From Microcoleus sp. (GTDB lineage Bacteria; Cyanobacteriota; Cyanobacteriia; Cyanobacteriales; Microcoleaceae): a stretch of 64,000 nucleotides of DNA. Below the pieces are notes generated by a model. That model was given only the letters and a program-made list of their open reading frames with translations. It was not told the DNA's origin and did not search any database. The position numbers and the translations under genes were made by a program. Location of the stretch: assembly GCA_042408215.1 (NCBI GenBank), contig JAYFMW010000003.1, positions 288,001 through 352,000 on the forward strand. The letters are read 5' to 3'. Numbering within the stretch: the stretch's first letter is position 1; each line of letters begins with the position of its first letter. Below, one piece after another: positions 30,034 to 39,674 of this stretch.

Positions 30034-33000
30034 TTATTTGGTTTCCATCCAATTTTTGCCCGCGTGGATGTCAACTATCAACGGTACACTGAGAGGCAGA
30101 GCATTTTCCATTGCATCTTTGATTTTCGGCTGCAATTCTTCCCATTCGTCGGGAGGTACTTCAAAGATTAATTCATCGTGAACTTGCAGCAGCAACCGCG
30201 CCTGATAGTTTTGCAAAACTTTGTTTACTTCAATCATGGCAAGTTTAATGATATCAGCACTGGAGCCTTGGATGGGAGCGTTTGCTGCTGCGCGCAAAGA
30301 TTGGGCATCATTTTTAGTCAGGGACTTAAGTCGATCGGGGTGGATTGCTTCGGGGTTAGTGCCTTTTAAGTCGCTGAGACGCTCGAAGTTTAAGTAACGG
30401 CGGCGGCCGAGTATTGTGGAAACATAGCCAAGGGCGATCGCCTCTTTTTTTACCTGCTCCAAATATTCAAAGACTTTACTGTAACGCTCGTTAAATCGTT
30501 GAATAAACTTTTTACCATCTGCTGCACTTTTCCCCATCGATTTGCCAAACTTAATCGCCCCCATACCATAAATTACCCCAAAATTAATCGTTTTGCCAAA
30601 CCGTCTTTCATCGGTTGTGATTTCCTGTTTTTCAAACAATAGCTGAGCTGTCACGGTATGCACATCTCGATTGTTTTGGTAAGCTTCTATTAACACAGGT
30701 TCTTGACTCAAATGAGCTAAAATCCGCAACTCGATTTGAGAATAGTCAGCCGACACCATCAACCAACCTGATTCTGGTAAAAAAGCCTTGCGAATTTGTC
30801 GCGAAAATTCCGTGCGGATGGGAATATTCTGCATATTGGGATTGGAAGAAGAAAGCCTTCCCGTACCTGTAGCAGCTTGGTTGAAATCTGTATGCACTCG
30901 CCCGGTATCTGCACGCACTAACTGCGGCAAAGCATCGACATAGGTTGATTTCAATTTGGATAATGTTCGGTGTTCTAATAAATCGTCTACAATCGGGTGA
31001 TCTCCTTGCAGTTTATCCAAAACAGCAGCGTCGGTAGAATATCCTGTTTTGGTTTTGCGAGACTTTTTCTGAAACTCATCGGGGATTTTTTCTAACAAGA
31101 TTTCGCTGAGTTGTTTTGGGGAACCTAAATTAAACTTTCTCCCCGCTGCTTGATAGGTGTTTTCTTCTAGTTGTGCTAATCTCTTTTCTAGCTGTTGTGA
31201 CAGTTCTTGCAGATAAGCTGAATTAATGCGAATGCCGCAATATTCCATTTCTGCTAAAATTGGTTCTAAAGGCTGTTCTACTTCTAGCAGCAACCGATGC
31301 AAAGACTTTGATGGGGGAGTGCGTAAGTCCTGTTTATCTAATTCTGCTCTAAGTTTATCTACTAATTGAAATGTGGTGTAAACATCCATGCCGCAGTATT
31401 CGGCTACTTCTCGAATGCTGATGTCAGCAATTGTTTGGTTTTTCGGCACTAATTCTTTGTAACTTTTGGCGACAATGCCTAAGTATTTCTTTGACAATTC
31501 GCTGAGACTGTGGCTGGTTTCTGGATTGAGTACATAACTGGCTAGCATGGTGTCGAAGACGACTCCTGTTAGTTTAATTCCTTGACAGCGCAGGATCGAT
31601 CGATCGAATTTAGCATTTTGCAGGGCTTTCGGATAATTCTCGCTTTCTAAAATCGGACGCAAAGCATTTAAAACTGTGGCTTTGTCTAAGTTTTTGCCCG
31701 TTTTATGTCCGGTGGGGATATAGGCTAAATCTTGTTCGCCTGTTCCCCAACAACAGCCAATTCCGACTAATTCGGCGTCTCGCGGTTCGAGGGCGGTGGT
31801 TTCGGTATCCCAGGCCACGGGTGTAGTTTTGTCGGTGCAGGTTTGCAGCAGTTGGACTAATTCGTTTAACTGTTCTATTGTTTGAATTATCCGGGGTTTG
31901 ATGGGTAATTGTTGCTGTTGCTGGGCGGCTTGGGTTTCTGCGAGAGTGTAAAACGATAATTCTTCTTCTGAATTTTCTAAAGTAACAGGCAAGATGCCTG
32001 TTCCACTGTAGATTGAATCTGTTGTGGGGGGGGGTTCTTGCTGGCCCAAAGCAACAGGCAAGATGCCTGTTCCACTCGAAATTGAATCTGTTGTGGGGGG
32101 GGGTTCTTGCTGGCCCAAGGCAACAGGCAAGATGCCTGTTCCACTGTAGATTGAATCTGTTGTGGGGGGGGGTTCTTGCTGGCCCAAAGCAACAGGCAAG
32201 ATGCCTGTTCCACTCGAAATTGAATCTGTTGTGGGGGGGGGTTCTTGCTGGCCCAAAGCAACAGGCAAGATGCCTGTTCCACTGTAGATTGAATCTGTTG
32301 TGGGGGGTTCTTGTCCGCTCTTTTCTAATGGTTCTTCTACACCACCGAACCGTTTTTGAATTTGTTGGACTTTGCTTAAAAATGTCTTAAATTCTAATTT
32401 TTCTAGCATCGGTATCAATGCTACTTCGTCAAAACCTTTGAGCTGGCAATCTGCTAAGTTAATTTCTAGGGGAACGTCTTGGACAATTGTCGCCATGCGC
32501 TGAGAATGATAGGCTGCTTCTTTGCCTTCTTCTAACTTTTTCTTAGTTGCGCCTTTCAGCTCGTCTATAGCAGCATAAATTCCGTCGAGAGTTTTGTAAG
32601 CATCCAACAGTTGAATAGCGGTTTTGTCGCCAATGCCTTTGACTCCGGGAATGTTGTCGGATTTGTCGCCGCACAAAGCTTTGTAATCTATTACTTGTTC
32701 TGGTAAAATACCGAGTTTTTCTTTGACTTGTTCGGGGCCGTATTCTTGGGATTTGCCTTTTCCCGATCGCCTTAATTCATCTGTACTCAAATATAAAACA
32801 CTAATCAGTTTTTCGGTGTCTACTAATTGAAACAAATCTCGATCGCCCGTGAGGATTTTGACCCGATAACCCGCCGCACTGGCTTTGTTGGCCAAAGTTC
32901 CCAAAACATCGTCCGCCTCGTAGCCTGGAGCGGTGATTGCTGGTAAGTTGAAATAGCCGAGGAGTTCTTGCAGGTTTTTGAGATCGGGGATAAAGTCTTC

Positions 33001-33270
33001 TGGTGTTTCAGCCCGACCGGCTTTGTAGGTGTCGTCGGCTTCGTGGCGAAATGTGGGTGTGGCGGTGTCAAAGGCGATCGCCATGTACTGGGGGTCGTGG
33101 GTGGCCATTACTTCCAGCAGCGACTTGAGAAAGCCAAAACAGACGCTGGTGGGAATGCCGGTGCTAGTTCGCAAACCCCCATCCCGCCCTTTAGCAAAGC
33201 CGAAGTAAGAGCGAAAGGCCAGGGAGTGGCCGTCAACTAGGATGAAGGTGGGTGTTTGATTTGCCGACAC
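30034..33270 (-). CDS. polA: DNA polymerase I
   Basis: LVDGHSLAFR 5'-3' exonuclease, WDTETT 3'-5' exonuclease, ADYSQIELR, KTINFG.IYG, QVHDE. Start codon uncertain (33270-33291). Confidence 0.97.
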   Translation of the reverse strand: MSANQTPTFILVDGHSLAFRSYFGFAKGRDGGLRTSTGIPTSVCFGFLKSLLEVMATHDPQYMAIAFDTATPTFRHEADDTYKAGRAETPEDFIPDLKNLQELLGYFNLPAITAPGYEADDVLGTLANKASAAGYRVKILTGDRDLFQLVDTEKLISVLYLSTDELRRSGKGKSQEYGPEQVKEKLGILPEQVIDYKALCGDKSDNIPGVKGIGDKTAIQLLDAYKTLDGIYAAIDELKGATKKKLEEGKEAAYHSQRMATIVQDVPLEINLADCQLKGFDEVALIPMLEKLEFKTFLSKVQQIQKRFGGVEEPLEKSGQEPPTTDSIYSGTGILPVALGQQEPPPTTDSISSGTGILPVALGQQEPPPTTDSIYSGTGILPVALGQQEPPPTTDSISSGTGILPVALGQQEPPPTTDSIYSGTGILPVTLENSEEELSFYTLAETQAAQQQQQLPIKPRIIQTIEQLNELVQLLQTCTDKTTPVAWDTETTALEPRDAELVGIGCCWGTGEQDLAYIPTGHKTGKNLDKATVLNALRPILESENYPKALQNAKFDRSILRCQGIKLTGVVFDTMLASYVLNPETSHSLSELSKKYLGIVAKSYKELVPKNQTIADISIREVAEYCGMDVYTTFQLVDKLRAELDKQDLRTPPSKSLHRLLLEVEQPLEPILAEMEYCGIRINSAYLQELSQQLEKRLAQLEENTYQAAGRKFNLGSPKQLSEILLEKIPDEFQKKSRKTKTGYSTDAAVLDKLQGDHPIVDDLLEHRTLSKLKSTYVDALPQLVRADTGRVHTDFNQAATGTGRLSSSNPNMQNIPIRTEFSRQIRKAFLPESGWLMVSADYSQIELRILAHLSQEPVLIEAYQNNRDVHTVTAQLLFEKQEITTDERRFGKTINFGVIYGMGAIKFGKSMGKSAADGKKFIQRFNERYSKVFEYLEQVKKEAIALGYVSTILGRRRYLNFERLSDLKGTNPEAIHPDRLKSLTKNDAQSLRAAANAPIQGSSADIIKLAMIEVNKVLQNYQARLLLQVHDELIFEVPPDEWEELQPKIKDAMENALPLSVPLIVDIHAGKNWMETK
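31983..32312. repeat. Five in-frame 69-nt tandem repeats in the polA linker
   Basis: aacaggcaagatgcctgttccac starts at 31984, 32053, 32122, 32191 and 32260. Confidence 0.95.
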
Positions 33271-33428
33271 AGACACGGTTATCGATCGCACGAAAGTATT
33301 TTCTCATTGTACTGTCACAATTGGCAGTCCGACAGGGCTTGATTGAGCGCGGATTGTGCAGCTTGCCTGAGAATAGTGGAAGATATGGAGTACGATCGCA
33401 CTTTTTCCCGCACTCGCGATCGAAGCTT

Positions 33429-34748
33429 ATGGCTGACATTAACCGATTTTACGAAATCCTCGAAATTGAGCCTGGAGCTTCTTTAGCAGAAATTCACCAC
33501 GCTTACAGGGATTTAGCCTTTGTGTGGCATCCCGATCGCTTTGCCCACAATCCTCGTTTGCAACAGAAAGCTCAACAAAGATTAACAGAAATTAATCAAG
33601 CTTACGAGCAGTTGGTGTTTTTTCTGAGTCAGCCTGAATTAAGTTCCATCGAACCCGATTTGCCGCAGCCGTCTCCTGCACCAGTACCTGAAATACTGAA
33701 CAGAAGAGGCTTGAGAAAGCCAGCAAGCAGGGGCGGTAGCAAAAAAAGCAAAATCAGCCCAAACCCTACCTCGAACAGCAAGAAACGATTTTCAACGGTC
33801 AACTCAAAGTCGCGAAACGTTGCCAGCTCCGCGCGACAATCTCAAAACTATCCAAACCCTACATCCCCAAGCCAGCAACGATTTTCAACTCAAAACTCTT
33901 CCAAGCCGATCGCGAAAACTAAGAAACGATTTTCAACTCAACACTCAGGGTACGCACGGGGGTACAGCCCCTACAGCACTCAAAACTATTCAATGTTCCC
34001 GATCGGCCCGCTGGCGATCGCAGTTGGGAGTTACGCTTTGACAGGCTGGATTTTGACGAAATCTGACGCCCCGCTGTGGATGTTGAGTTTAATCTGCGGT
34101 GCTGATTGGCTGTGGGCGGCGATTTTGGTGGCGGAGGGCTCAGCAACATCTGAAGTTTGGCTGGTGGCTTTAGTTTTGGCTGGGGCGGTGGGGGGCGCGA
34201 TCGCGGGAAATCAGGCGGGTGGTATGGTGACAGCGGTGGCTTGGGCGCTGGTAGGGGCTGGCTTGGGGGCGATCGCCAGTTTTGAGGCCGAGTCTAGGGC
34301 TGTGGCGGGAGTGTTGGCGGTGGCGTCGGTGGTGACAGTAGCGGGATTGATGGCGGGCACGGGTTCTCTTAATTGGGTGAGGGCGGTGGTTGAGGCGCTG
34401 TGTTGGGGGATTGCTGGCTTGATCTGTGGGCTAGCGGTGGAAGTAACTGTTAATTCCAGGGGCTCTGCGGGGCTTGGAGGTTTGATCGGGCTGGCGATTG
34501 GTACAACGGTTGGGATTGTTGCTGGGGCGGGTGTGGGTGCGATCGTCCAAGCTTTAGCCATCGCCGGCTCTAAGGGTATTTATGGGGCTTGGGCGGCGAT
34601 CGGAGTTATTGCTGGAGCGATCGCCAGGATGGTGGCTGGGGAAAGGTCGATCGGCTGTAGCAACGGGCTTTACACGTTTATCCTGTTGGTAGCAACTTCC
34701 GGTTTTGGACTGTGGCTGGGAAATTGGTTAGTCGATCGATTTTTTTGA
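33429..34748 (+). CDS. DnaJ-domain membrane protein
   Basis: YEILEI..WHPDRF J-domain; Gly/Ala-rich multi-TM C-terminus. Confidence 0.85.
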   Translation: MADINRFYEILEIEPGASLAEIHHAYRDLAFVWHPDRFAHNPRLQQKAQQRLTEINQAYEQLVFFLSQPELSSIEPDLPQPSPAPVPEILNRRGLRKPASRGGSKKSKISPNPTSNSKKRFSTVNSKSRNVASSARQSQNYPNPTSPSQQRFSTQNSSKPIAKTKKRFSTQHSGYARGYSPYSTQNYSMFPIGPLAIAVGSYALTGWILTKSDAPLWMLSLICGADWLWAAILVAEGSATSEVWLVALVLAGAVGGAIAGNQAGGMVTAVAWALVGAGLGAIASFEAESRAVAGVLAVASVVTVAGLMAGTGSLNWVRAVVEALCWGIAGLICGLAVEVTVNSRGSAGLGGLIGLAIGTTVGIVAGAGVGAIVQALAIAGSKGIYGAWAAIGVIAGAIARMVAGERSIGCSNGLYTFILLVATSGFGLWLGNWLVDRFF

Positions 34749-34878
34749 ACTCTGCCGTGTCCCTGTAGGGACTGTAGGGACACGGCACTGCCGTGTCCCT
34801 ACCGGACATCTGTACTTCACTCAACTGAGAAATGCTATACAAACTATTGATGCTGATGGTGACCGGACTTAATCTTAA

Positions 34879-35616
34879 TTACTGGTTTTGGACATTACCA
34901 GCGTGCAAACCACACTCTTTTAAAGTCGCTTCTTCCCACCACCAACGGCCTTCGCGTTCGTGTTGGTTGGGCAATACTGCTCTGGTGCAGGGTTCGCAAC
35001 CAATGCTGATAAAGCCGCGTTCGTGCAATTTGTTGTAAGGCACTTCTAAAGCTCGAATGTATTCCCAAACCTCGGCGGAAGACCAATTTGCTAAGGGGTT
35101 TAATTTAATTAATTGATGGTCTTCAGTTGAGAAAGCAGTGTCAATTTCAATGACAGGAATATAGTTGCGGGTGCTGGGACTTTGGTCTTTGCGCTGACCG
35201 GTAATCCAAGCATCAAGGGTATTGAGTTTGCGGCGTAGGGGCCTGACTTTTCGGACACCACAACATTCTTTGTGTCCGTCTTGATAGAAACTAAACAATC
35301 CCTTGGCTTCTACGAGGGCTTGTACTTCCGCTGTATCGGGATACATTACTTCTAATTTAATACCGTAATGTTCTCTGACTTGTTCCAAAAACTGATAGGT
35401 TTCTGCGTGCAAACGTCCGGTATCGAGAGTGAAAACTCGGAAATCTTTGGTAATTTTTGAAGCAATATCGATGAGGACAACATCTTCAGCGCCGCTGAAG
35501 GAAATCGAGATATTATCAAAAGTTTCAAGGGCAAATTTGAGAATTTCTCGCGGTGTTGTTTGGCTGTATTTTGCTTCCTGGGCAGCAATATCTAATTTTG
35601 TCTGGGTAGCGACCAT
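34879..35616 (-). CDS. cysH: (Phospho)adenylyl-sulfate reductase, [4Fe-4S] APS-reductase type
   Basis: SFSGAED, LDTG, ECCGVRK, SIGCEPCT, REGRW and ECGLH motifs. Confidence 0.93.
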   Translation of the reverse strand: MVATQTKLDIAAQEAKYSQTTPREILKFALETFDNISISFSGAEDVVLIDIASKITKDFRVFTLDTGRLHAETYQFLEQVREHYGIKLEVMYPDTAEVQALVEAKGLFSFYQDGHKECCGVRKVRPLRRKLNTLDAWITGQRKDQSPSTRNYIPVIEIDTAFSTEDHQLIKLNPLANWSSAEVWEYIRALEVPYNKLHERGFISIGCEPCTRAVLPNQHEREGRWWWEEATLKECGLHAGNVQNQ

Positions 35617-35954
35617 ATCTTCGTGTTCTCCGTGTTCTCGATCTTTGTAACTTTGAATTGTACTCGATCGGGGATACAGGCCGATCGATAAATTTTACGG
35701 TGAGAATGGTCGATCGACAAATCGGAGCACGAGTCAGCGGTTCAACAGTCACGCTTGCGATTGAAATCGCGTCTACACAAACGAAGTCCGCGCAACGCGA
35801 GACTGAAGAGAAGAGAGGGGATTTGGTATAGTGCGATCGTCGCGATCGGTGGTGTCGATCGCGAAATCCAGATTTTGTCACTGGTTTCGAGTAGTGATGC
35901 GATATAATTTAGAGCAAACCGGTAAACGGCTATTAGCAAAAAAAATTAATTACC

Positions 35955-36176
35955 ATGAACATTGCAGAGCTCAAGACAGCAGTAAGGGAACTTCCAGAAC
36001 ATGAACTCGCAGAGTTTATCGAATGGATTGAAGAATTTCAAGAAGCTCTCGCCGATCGCGAATGGATCGACTCTGTACGAGTTAAGATAGATGCTGCGGT
36101 TGCCATGTCCGAACATACTCCACCGATTGATGGCGAAACTTTTATTGCAGGGATTTGCGATCGTTTCCCAAAATAG
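35955..36176 (+). CDS. Small antitoxin-like protein
   Basis: IAELKTAVRELPEHELAEFIEWI..DREW resembles addiction-module components. Confidence 0.5.
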   Translation: MNIAELKTAVRELPEHELAEFIEWIEEFQEALADREWIDSVRVKIDAAVAMSEHTPPIDGETFIAGICDRFPK

Positions 36177-36272
36177 CTTGTAGGCTGGGTTATTACTTTC
36201 ATCCCCAGATGGAGGCAATTTCATTCTTGTTCTTCATCGATCGAATCAGATTCATTCGTCGCCTTATTGTCA

Positions 36273-36508
36273 CTATTTGACTCTTCGACTGTGCTGGTAT
36301 TTTGATGGATATTTTCCGATAAACTCGCCTGTTTTAACAAGTGTCTGAGTAATCCAACTTTTAAAGATTTATTACCGTGAATTGGCACAGAAATTCGGAT
36401 TTAACTTCCAGCTTTCCCGTAGATGTGATGACTACCTTGAACTCTTAATAATATCCAGTCATTACGCTCTAGCAGCTTTGCTAACTGTTTGCCAGACATG
36501 GAGTTCAT
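36273..36508 (-). pseudogene. hicA: HicA family toxin with internal stop
   Basis: MNSMSGKQLAKLLERNDWILLRVQGSHHIYGKAGS*IRISVPIHGNKSLKVGLLRHLLKQA; stop at 36401-36403. Confidence 0.8.
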
Positions 36509-36708
36509 ATCGCAATATCCATAATTTTGTCTCGCTCATTTGTCTCGATAGATTCAATATCAACACTAAGGCAACCTTCGATTGCGACCTAGAGGTTTTG
36601 CAGCAGTTCCTCGAAGGTTTCTCCCTCAGTTGCACAGCCAGGAATAGCGGGAACTTCTGCCCAGTATCCGCCTTCTTCTGCTTCGTGGATGATAATTTTG
36701 ATTTTCAA
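36505..36708 (-). pseudogene. hicB: HicB family antitoxin with internal stop
   Basis: MKIKIIIHEAEEGGYWAEVPAIPGCATEGETFEELLQNL*VAIEGCL; TAG at 36589-36591; aggag RBS. Confidence 0.8.
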
Positions 36709-36761
36709 TTGATTCTCCTAATTTATTCTCAAAACTTACCTCTTTATTACTATACCAGACT

Positions 36762-37274
36762 TTACTCCTCCAAGTCCACCTGTTTAACCTGCTCTAAAGG
36801 TATATCTAGCGCTTCTGCAATTTGCTCGTCACTCAAGCCAAACTGCCGTAATTTATCTATTGTTTCAATCTTAGTTGGATTTTTGTTTTCCTCCTGTAAG
36901 TCGGGAGTTTTAGGCTGACTTATATCTGGGGTAGGAGTTGCTTGTTCGGAACCCATGTTTACACAGCCGATTATATGATTACTATTAAAACTTCGAGCGC
37001 CCAAATAAATATTTAGATCGCCTTGGCGTTCTATGACAGATTTAAGGTTTTTTTTATCAACTTCTTCATCAAAGATATCAGATAGCATTTGCAAAAGCTC
37101 GTAACCGACATCCTTAGCATGACCCGCTGAACAACCACAATTTTCTGCAATGTCATCATACTTTTGACGCTTCAGCGTGCCTTCGATAATTCCGCGCTGT
37201 AAGTCATTTAAACGTTTGCGTGTCTTGGCGTAGACAGCCTTATCGACAAATTGCAATATCTGAGGAGTGTCCAT
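36762..37274 (-). CDS. Cyanobacterial HTH protein (vWA-MoxR-associated / NB-ARC N-terminal type HTH) without an NTPase domain
   Basis: LNDLQRGIIEG...YDDIAE...KDVGYELLQMLS...V.KKNL; tail FGLSDEQIAEALDIPLEQV. Confidence 0.7.
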   Translation of the reverse strand: MDTPQILQFVDKAVYAKTRKRLNDLQRGIIEGTLKRQKYDDIAENCGCSAGHAKDVGYELLQMLSDIFDEEVDKKNLKSVIERQGDLNIYLGARSFNSNHIIGCVNMGSEQATPTPDISQPKTPDLQEENKNPTKIETIDKLRQFGLSDEQIAEALDIPLEQVKQVDLEE

Positions 37275-37477
37275 AGGTGGGATGGTGGGATAATTTTAGT
37301 TACTATACCAAACTTTTTCCAACTTTTTCCAACTTTTTGAGCTTCGCATCCCAATTTTAGGAAGTTCCAACTTTTTCCAACTTTTTTGGCTTTACAGGGT
37401 TGGTGCGATCGGTCTAGCATGGATGAGTCCGACACAAGCATCTTACTACACAAGCATCTTACTACAGTGTTTGCCAA

Positions 37478-37644
37478 TCAGCTTAAACCCTTTTCTAGCT
37501 AAGCCTTTACGCTGCTTGTTATTCCGTCAGCAACCATAAGTTTCCTGTACCACAAATTAACTGTCGAAAAGTTCGGAAATGCAGTTTGCGCCGATGTATA
37601 GATATTTAAGGCCTGATAAAAATTCGTTAGAAGGAAGTAACTAG
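37478..37644 (+). promoter_or_regulatory. Conserved leader of about 167 nt, repeated at 38528-38695
   Basis: tcagcttaaacccttttct..ccgtcagcaaccataa..gatatttaaggc..aaggaagtaa precedes both paralogs. Confidence 0.75.
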
Positions 37645-38460
37645 GTGAAATCTAAGTGGACTGTTTATATCGGTATTTCGCTCTCTGTTTTAGCTATTAT
37701 AGTAGCTGTAACCACTCCCGAAGTTCGTTATCGTTTGGGACTTGAGACTAATCCATCTCCTAAAAATGCTGAAATCAAAGAGGTTCCTGCTCCTAAAGAT
37801 GCTGAAATCAAAGAGGTTCCTGTCATGGTTAGAACTGAATCTTTAGAACCTCTTGCAAGTGTTAACGTTGAATTTACATCGCAGAGAGGGCCAGCGACAG
37901 GATTAACTGATTCAAATGGCTACATCATAGTAAAAATACCTAGCACAAGAGATTTACAAATCACGCTGAGGAAAGAGGGATTTGAAACAATTAGTGAGAC
38001 AGTAGATCTAAAAGAAGATTCAGTCTTAACAAAAAAGTATATATTAAAAAAAAACCAAATAAAGGCTGATTTAAGAAGTTGCCGTGCAAACACTTGCACA
38101 GGACGTGCTCCCAAAAATCTTTGCGATCAAGACATGAGTATTTACACTACCGAACTCGTAAGTTTTCCAGAGTTAGGAGAAAAGTTCAAGAATCTAAATC
38201 TTGAGATAAAATACTCCGATAAATGTCATGCTCGTTGGGTCAAGATGCCAACAGTGCCTGGTGCAACGATTTATTTTGAGGGCAAAGATGGTGCAAAGAC
38301 TTACTTTGATGGCACAGATAAAAAACCATATCCGTCTCTGCGTATGCAAGAGGATTATCCAGAACCTCAAGTTACCGGTATGTTGTCTGGAGATATACCA
38401 TATACTCGAGCTTGCGTAAGTCGTCCAGGAAAAGATCCTCAATGTACAAGTCCTGAATAA
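37645..38460 (+). CDS. Membrane-anchored protein: carboxypeptidase-regulatory-like domain + DUF2690-like Cys-rich domain
   Basis: N-terminal TM; TDSNGY..ITLRKEGF; CTGRAP..C..LEIKYSDKCHARW. Confidence 0.75.
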   Translation: MKSKWTVYIGISLSVLAIIVAVTTPEVRYRLGLETNPSPKNAEIKEVPAPKDAEIKEVPVMVRTESLEPLASVNVEFTSQRGPATGLTDSNGYIIVKIPSTRDLQITLRKEGFETISETVDLKEDSVLTKKYILKKNQIKADLRSCRANTCTGRAPKNLCDQDMSIYTTELVSFPELGEKFKNLNLEIKYSDKCHARWVKMPTVPGATIYFEGKDGAKTYFDGTDKKPYPSLRMQEDYPEPQVTGMLSGDIPYTRACVSRPGKDPQCTSPE

Positions 38461-38466
38461 AGATGA

Positions 38467-38503
38467 GCGATCGCCTTACCAAAAAAAACTAAAGTGCGAT
38501 CGC
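38467..38503 (+). terminator. HIP1-bounded hairpin after the gene
   Basis: gcgatcgccttaccaaaaaaaactaaagtgcgatcgc, followed shortly by a T tract. Confidence 0.55.
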
Positions 38504-38695
38504 CTGCCTCTATTTTTTTGAATTCGCTCAGCTTAAACCCTTTTCTCGATTAGCTTTCACGCTGCTTGTTACTCCGTCAGCAACCATAACTTTCCTGTAT
38601 CACAAATTAATTATCGAAAATTTCCGAAATGCACTTCGCACCGATGTATGGATATTTAAGGCATCATAAACAATTAGTTATAAGGAAGTAAATCA

Positions 38696-39562
38696 GTGAA
38701 ATTTAAGTGGAATATTTACATCGGTTCCATCACTATTTTTCTGGCAATAATAGGTATTGTAGTAGCTGTTACCATACCCGAAGTTCGTCGTCTTATTGGA
38801 TTAGAAACCAATCAACCTCCTGAAATGAAAGAGGTTGAGCTCATCGTTAAAAGTGAATCTCTACAACCTCTTTTAAATGTTAACGTTGAATTCAAATCTC
38901 TGGGACCGCCAGAGACAAAAGACACTGATTCAAGGGGCTATGCAAAAATTAGAATACCTAGCACAACAGATGTACAAATCACACTGATGAAAGAGGGATT
39001 TGTACCAATTACTCAGGTAATTGATCTTAAAAAAGATCCAGTTTTAACAAGGACGTATACGTTAAAGAGTATCTCAGCCTCTACGCCGCAAACACATCCT
39101 GATAAACCAAATCCTGTCCCACTTAGCCCTCCTCCTACGGAACTTTCACCTAATCCAGTCTCTCCTATCTCGGCGAAGCCACCAAAAGTCGAGTGTAAAA
39201 CTTTTGGTGGTACCTTAGCCAGTGAGGGCGAATACACAGAGATAATTCCTGTTGCAAATAAAGCCGAAAAACCTGTATCAAGATTATATGTTACTGGAAA
39301 CAATCCTCGGTTGGTTGTGTGTCAAATTCAGAAAAGTTTTGGTGAGCTTCCTTTAGCATATGCCTTACCTGAAAATTCGCAATTGGATAGTATAGTAGCT
39401 AAAGTCTACATTGACGGAAAGTTACGAAAGAATATTGATTTGAATCGTGGTGAAGCATTGAGAGAAAAAATAGACATTAACGGTGCTTCAACATACAAAC
39501 TGGAGTTTAGTCTGCCTGATAAGTCAGACAAAAGTGACTATATTTATGCTCTTGAAAAGTAG
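38696..39562 (+). CDS. Paralog with the same N-terminal module and a different C-terminal domain (possibly NPCBM-like beta sandwich)
   Basis: PEVR..IGLET, TDSRGY..ITLMKEGF, Pro-rich linker, VYIDGK...IDINGA..YKLE. Confidence 0.75.
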   Translation: MKFKWNIYIGSITIFLAIIGIVVAVTIPEVRRLIGLETNQPPEMKEVELIVKSESLQPLLNVNVEFKSLGPPETKDTDSRGYAKIRIPSTTDVQITLMKEGFVPITQVIDLKKDPVLTRTYTLKSISASTPQTHPDKPNPVPLSPPPTELSPNPVSPISAKPPKVECKTFGGTLASEGEYTEIIPVANKAEKPVSRLYVTGNNPRLVVCQIQKSFGELPLAYALPENSQLDSIVAKVYIDGKLRKNIDLNRGEALREKIDINGASTYKLEFSLPDKSDKSDYIYALEK

Positions 39563-39609
39563 AATATGGGTCTAACCAGAAGCTAAAAGTAAACAACGTA
39601 ACTGCAAAT

Positions 39610-39644
39610 GCGATCGCCCTTACCAAAAAACTAAGGGCGATCGC
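39610..39644 (+). terminator. HIP1-bounded hairpin after the gene
   Basis: gcgatcgcccttaccaaaaaactaagggcgatcgc. Confidence 0.6.
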
Positions 39645-39674
39645 CTTTCTGATTCGTCGCTAATCATGCTCGAA

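Noticed and set aside
31983..32312. Regularly spaced palindromes resembling a CRISPR array
   Set aside because: The intervening sequences are near-identical rather than unique spacers, the array is in frame in polA, and no cas genes are present.
36382..36918. 178-aa plus-strand ORF
   Set aside because: It is antisense to the hicAB pseudogenes and the HTH gene and has no recognisable motif.
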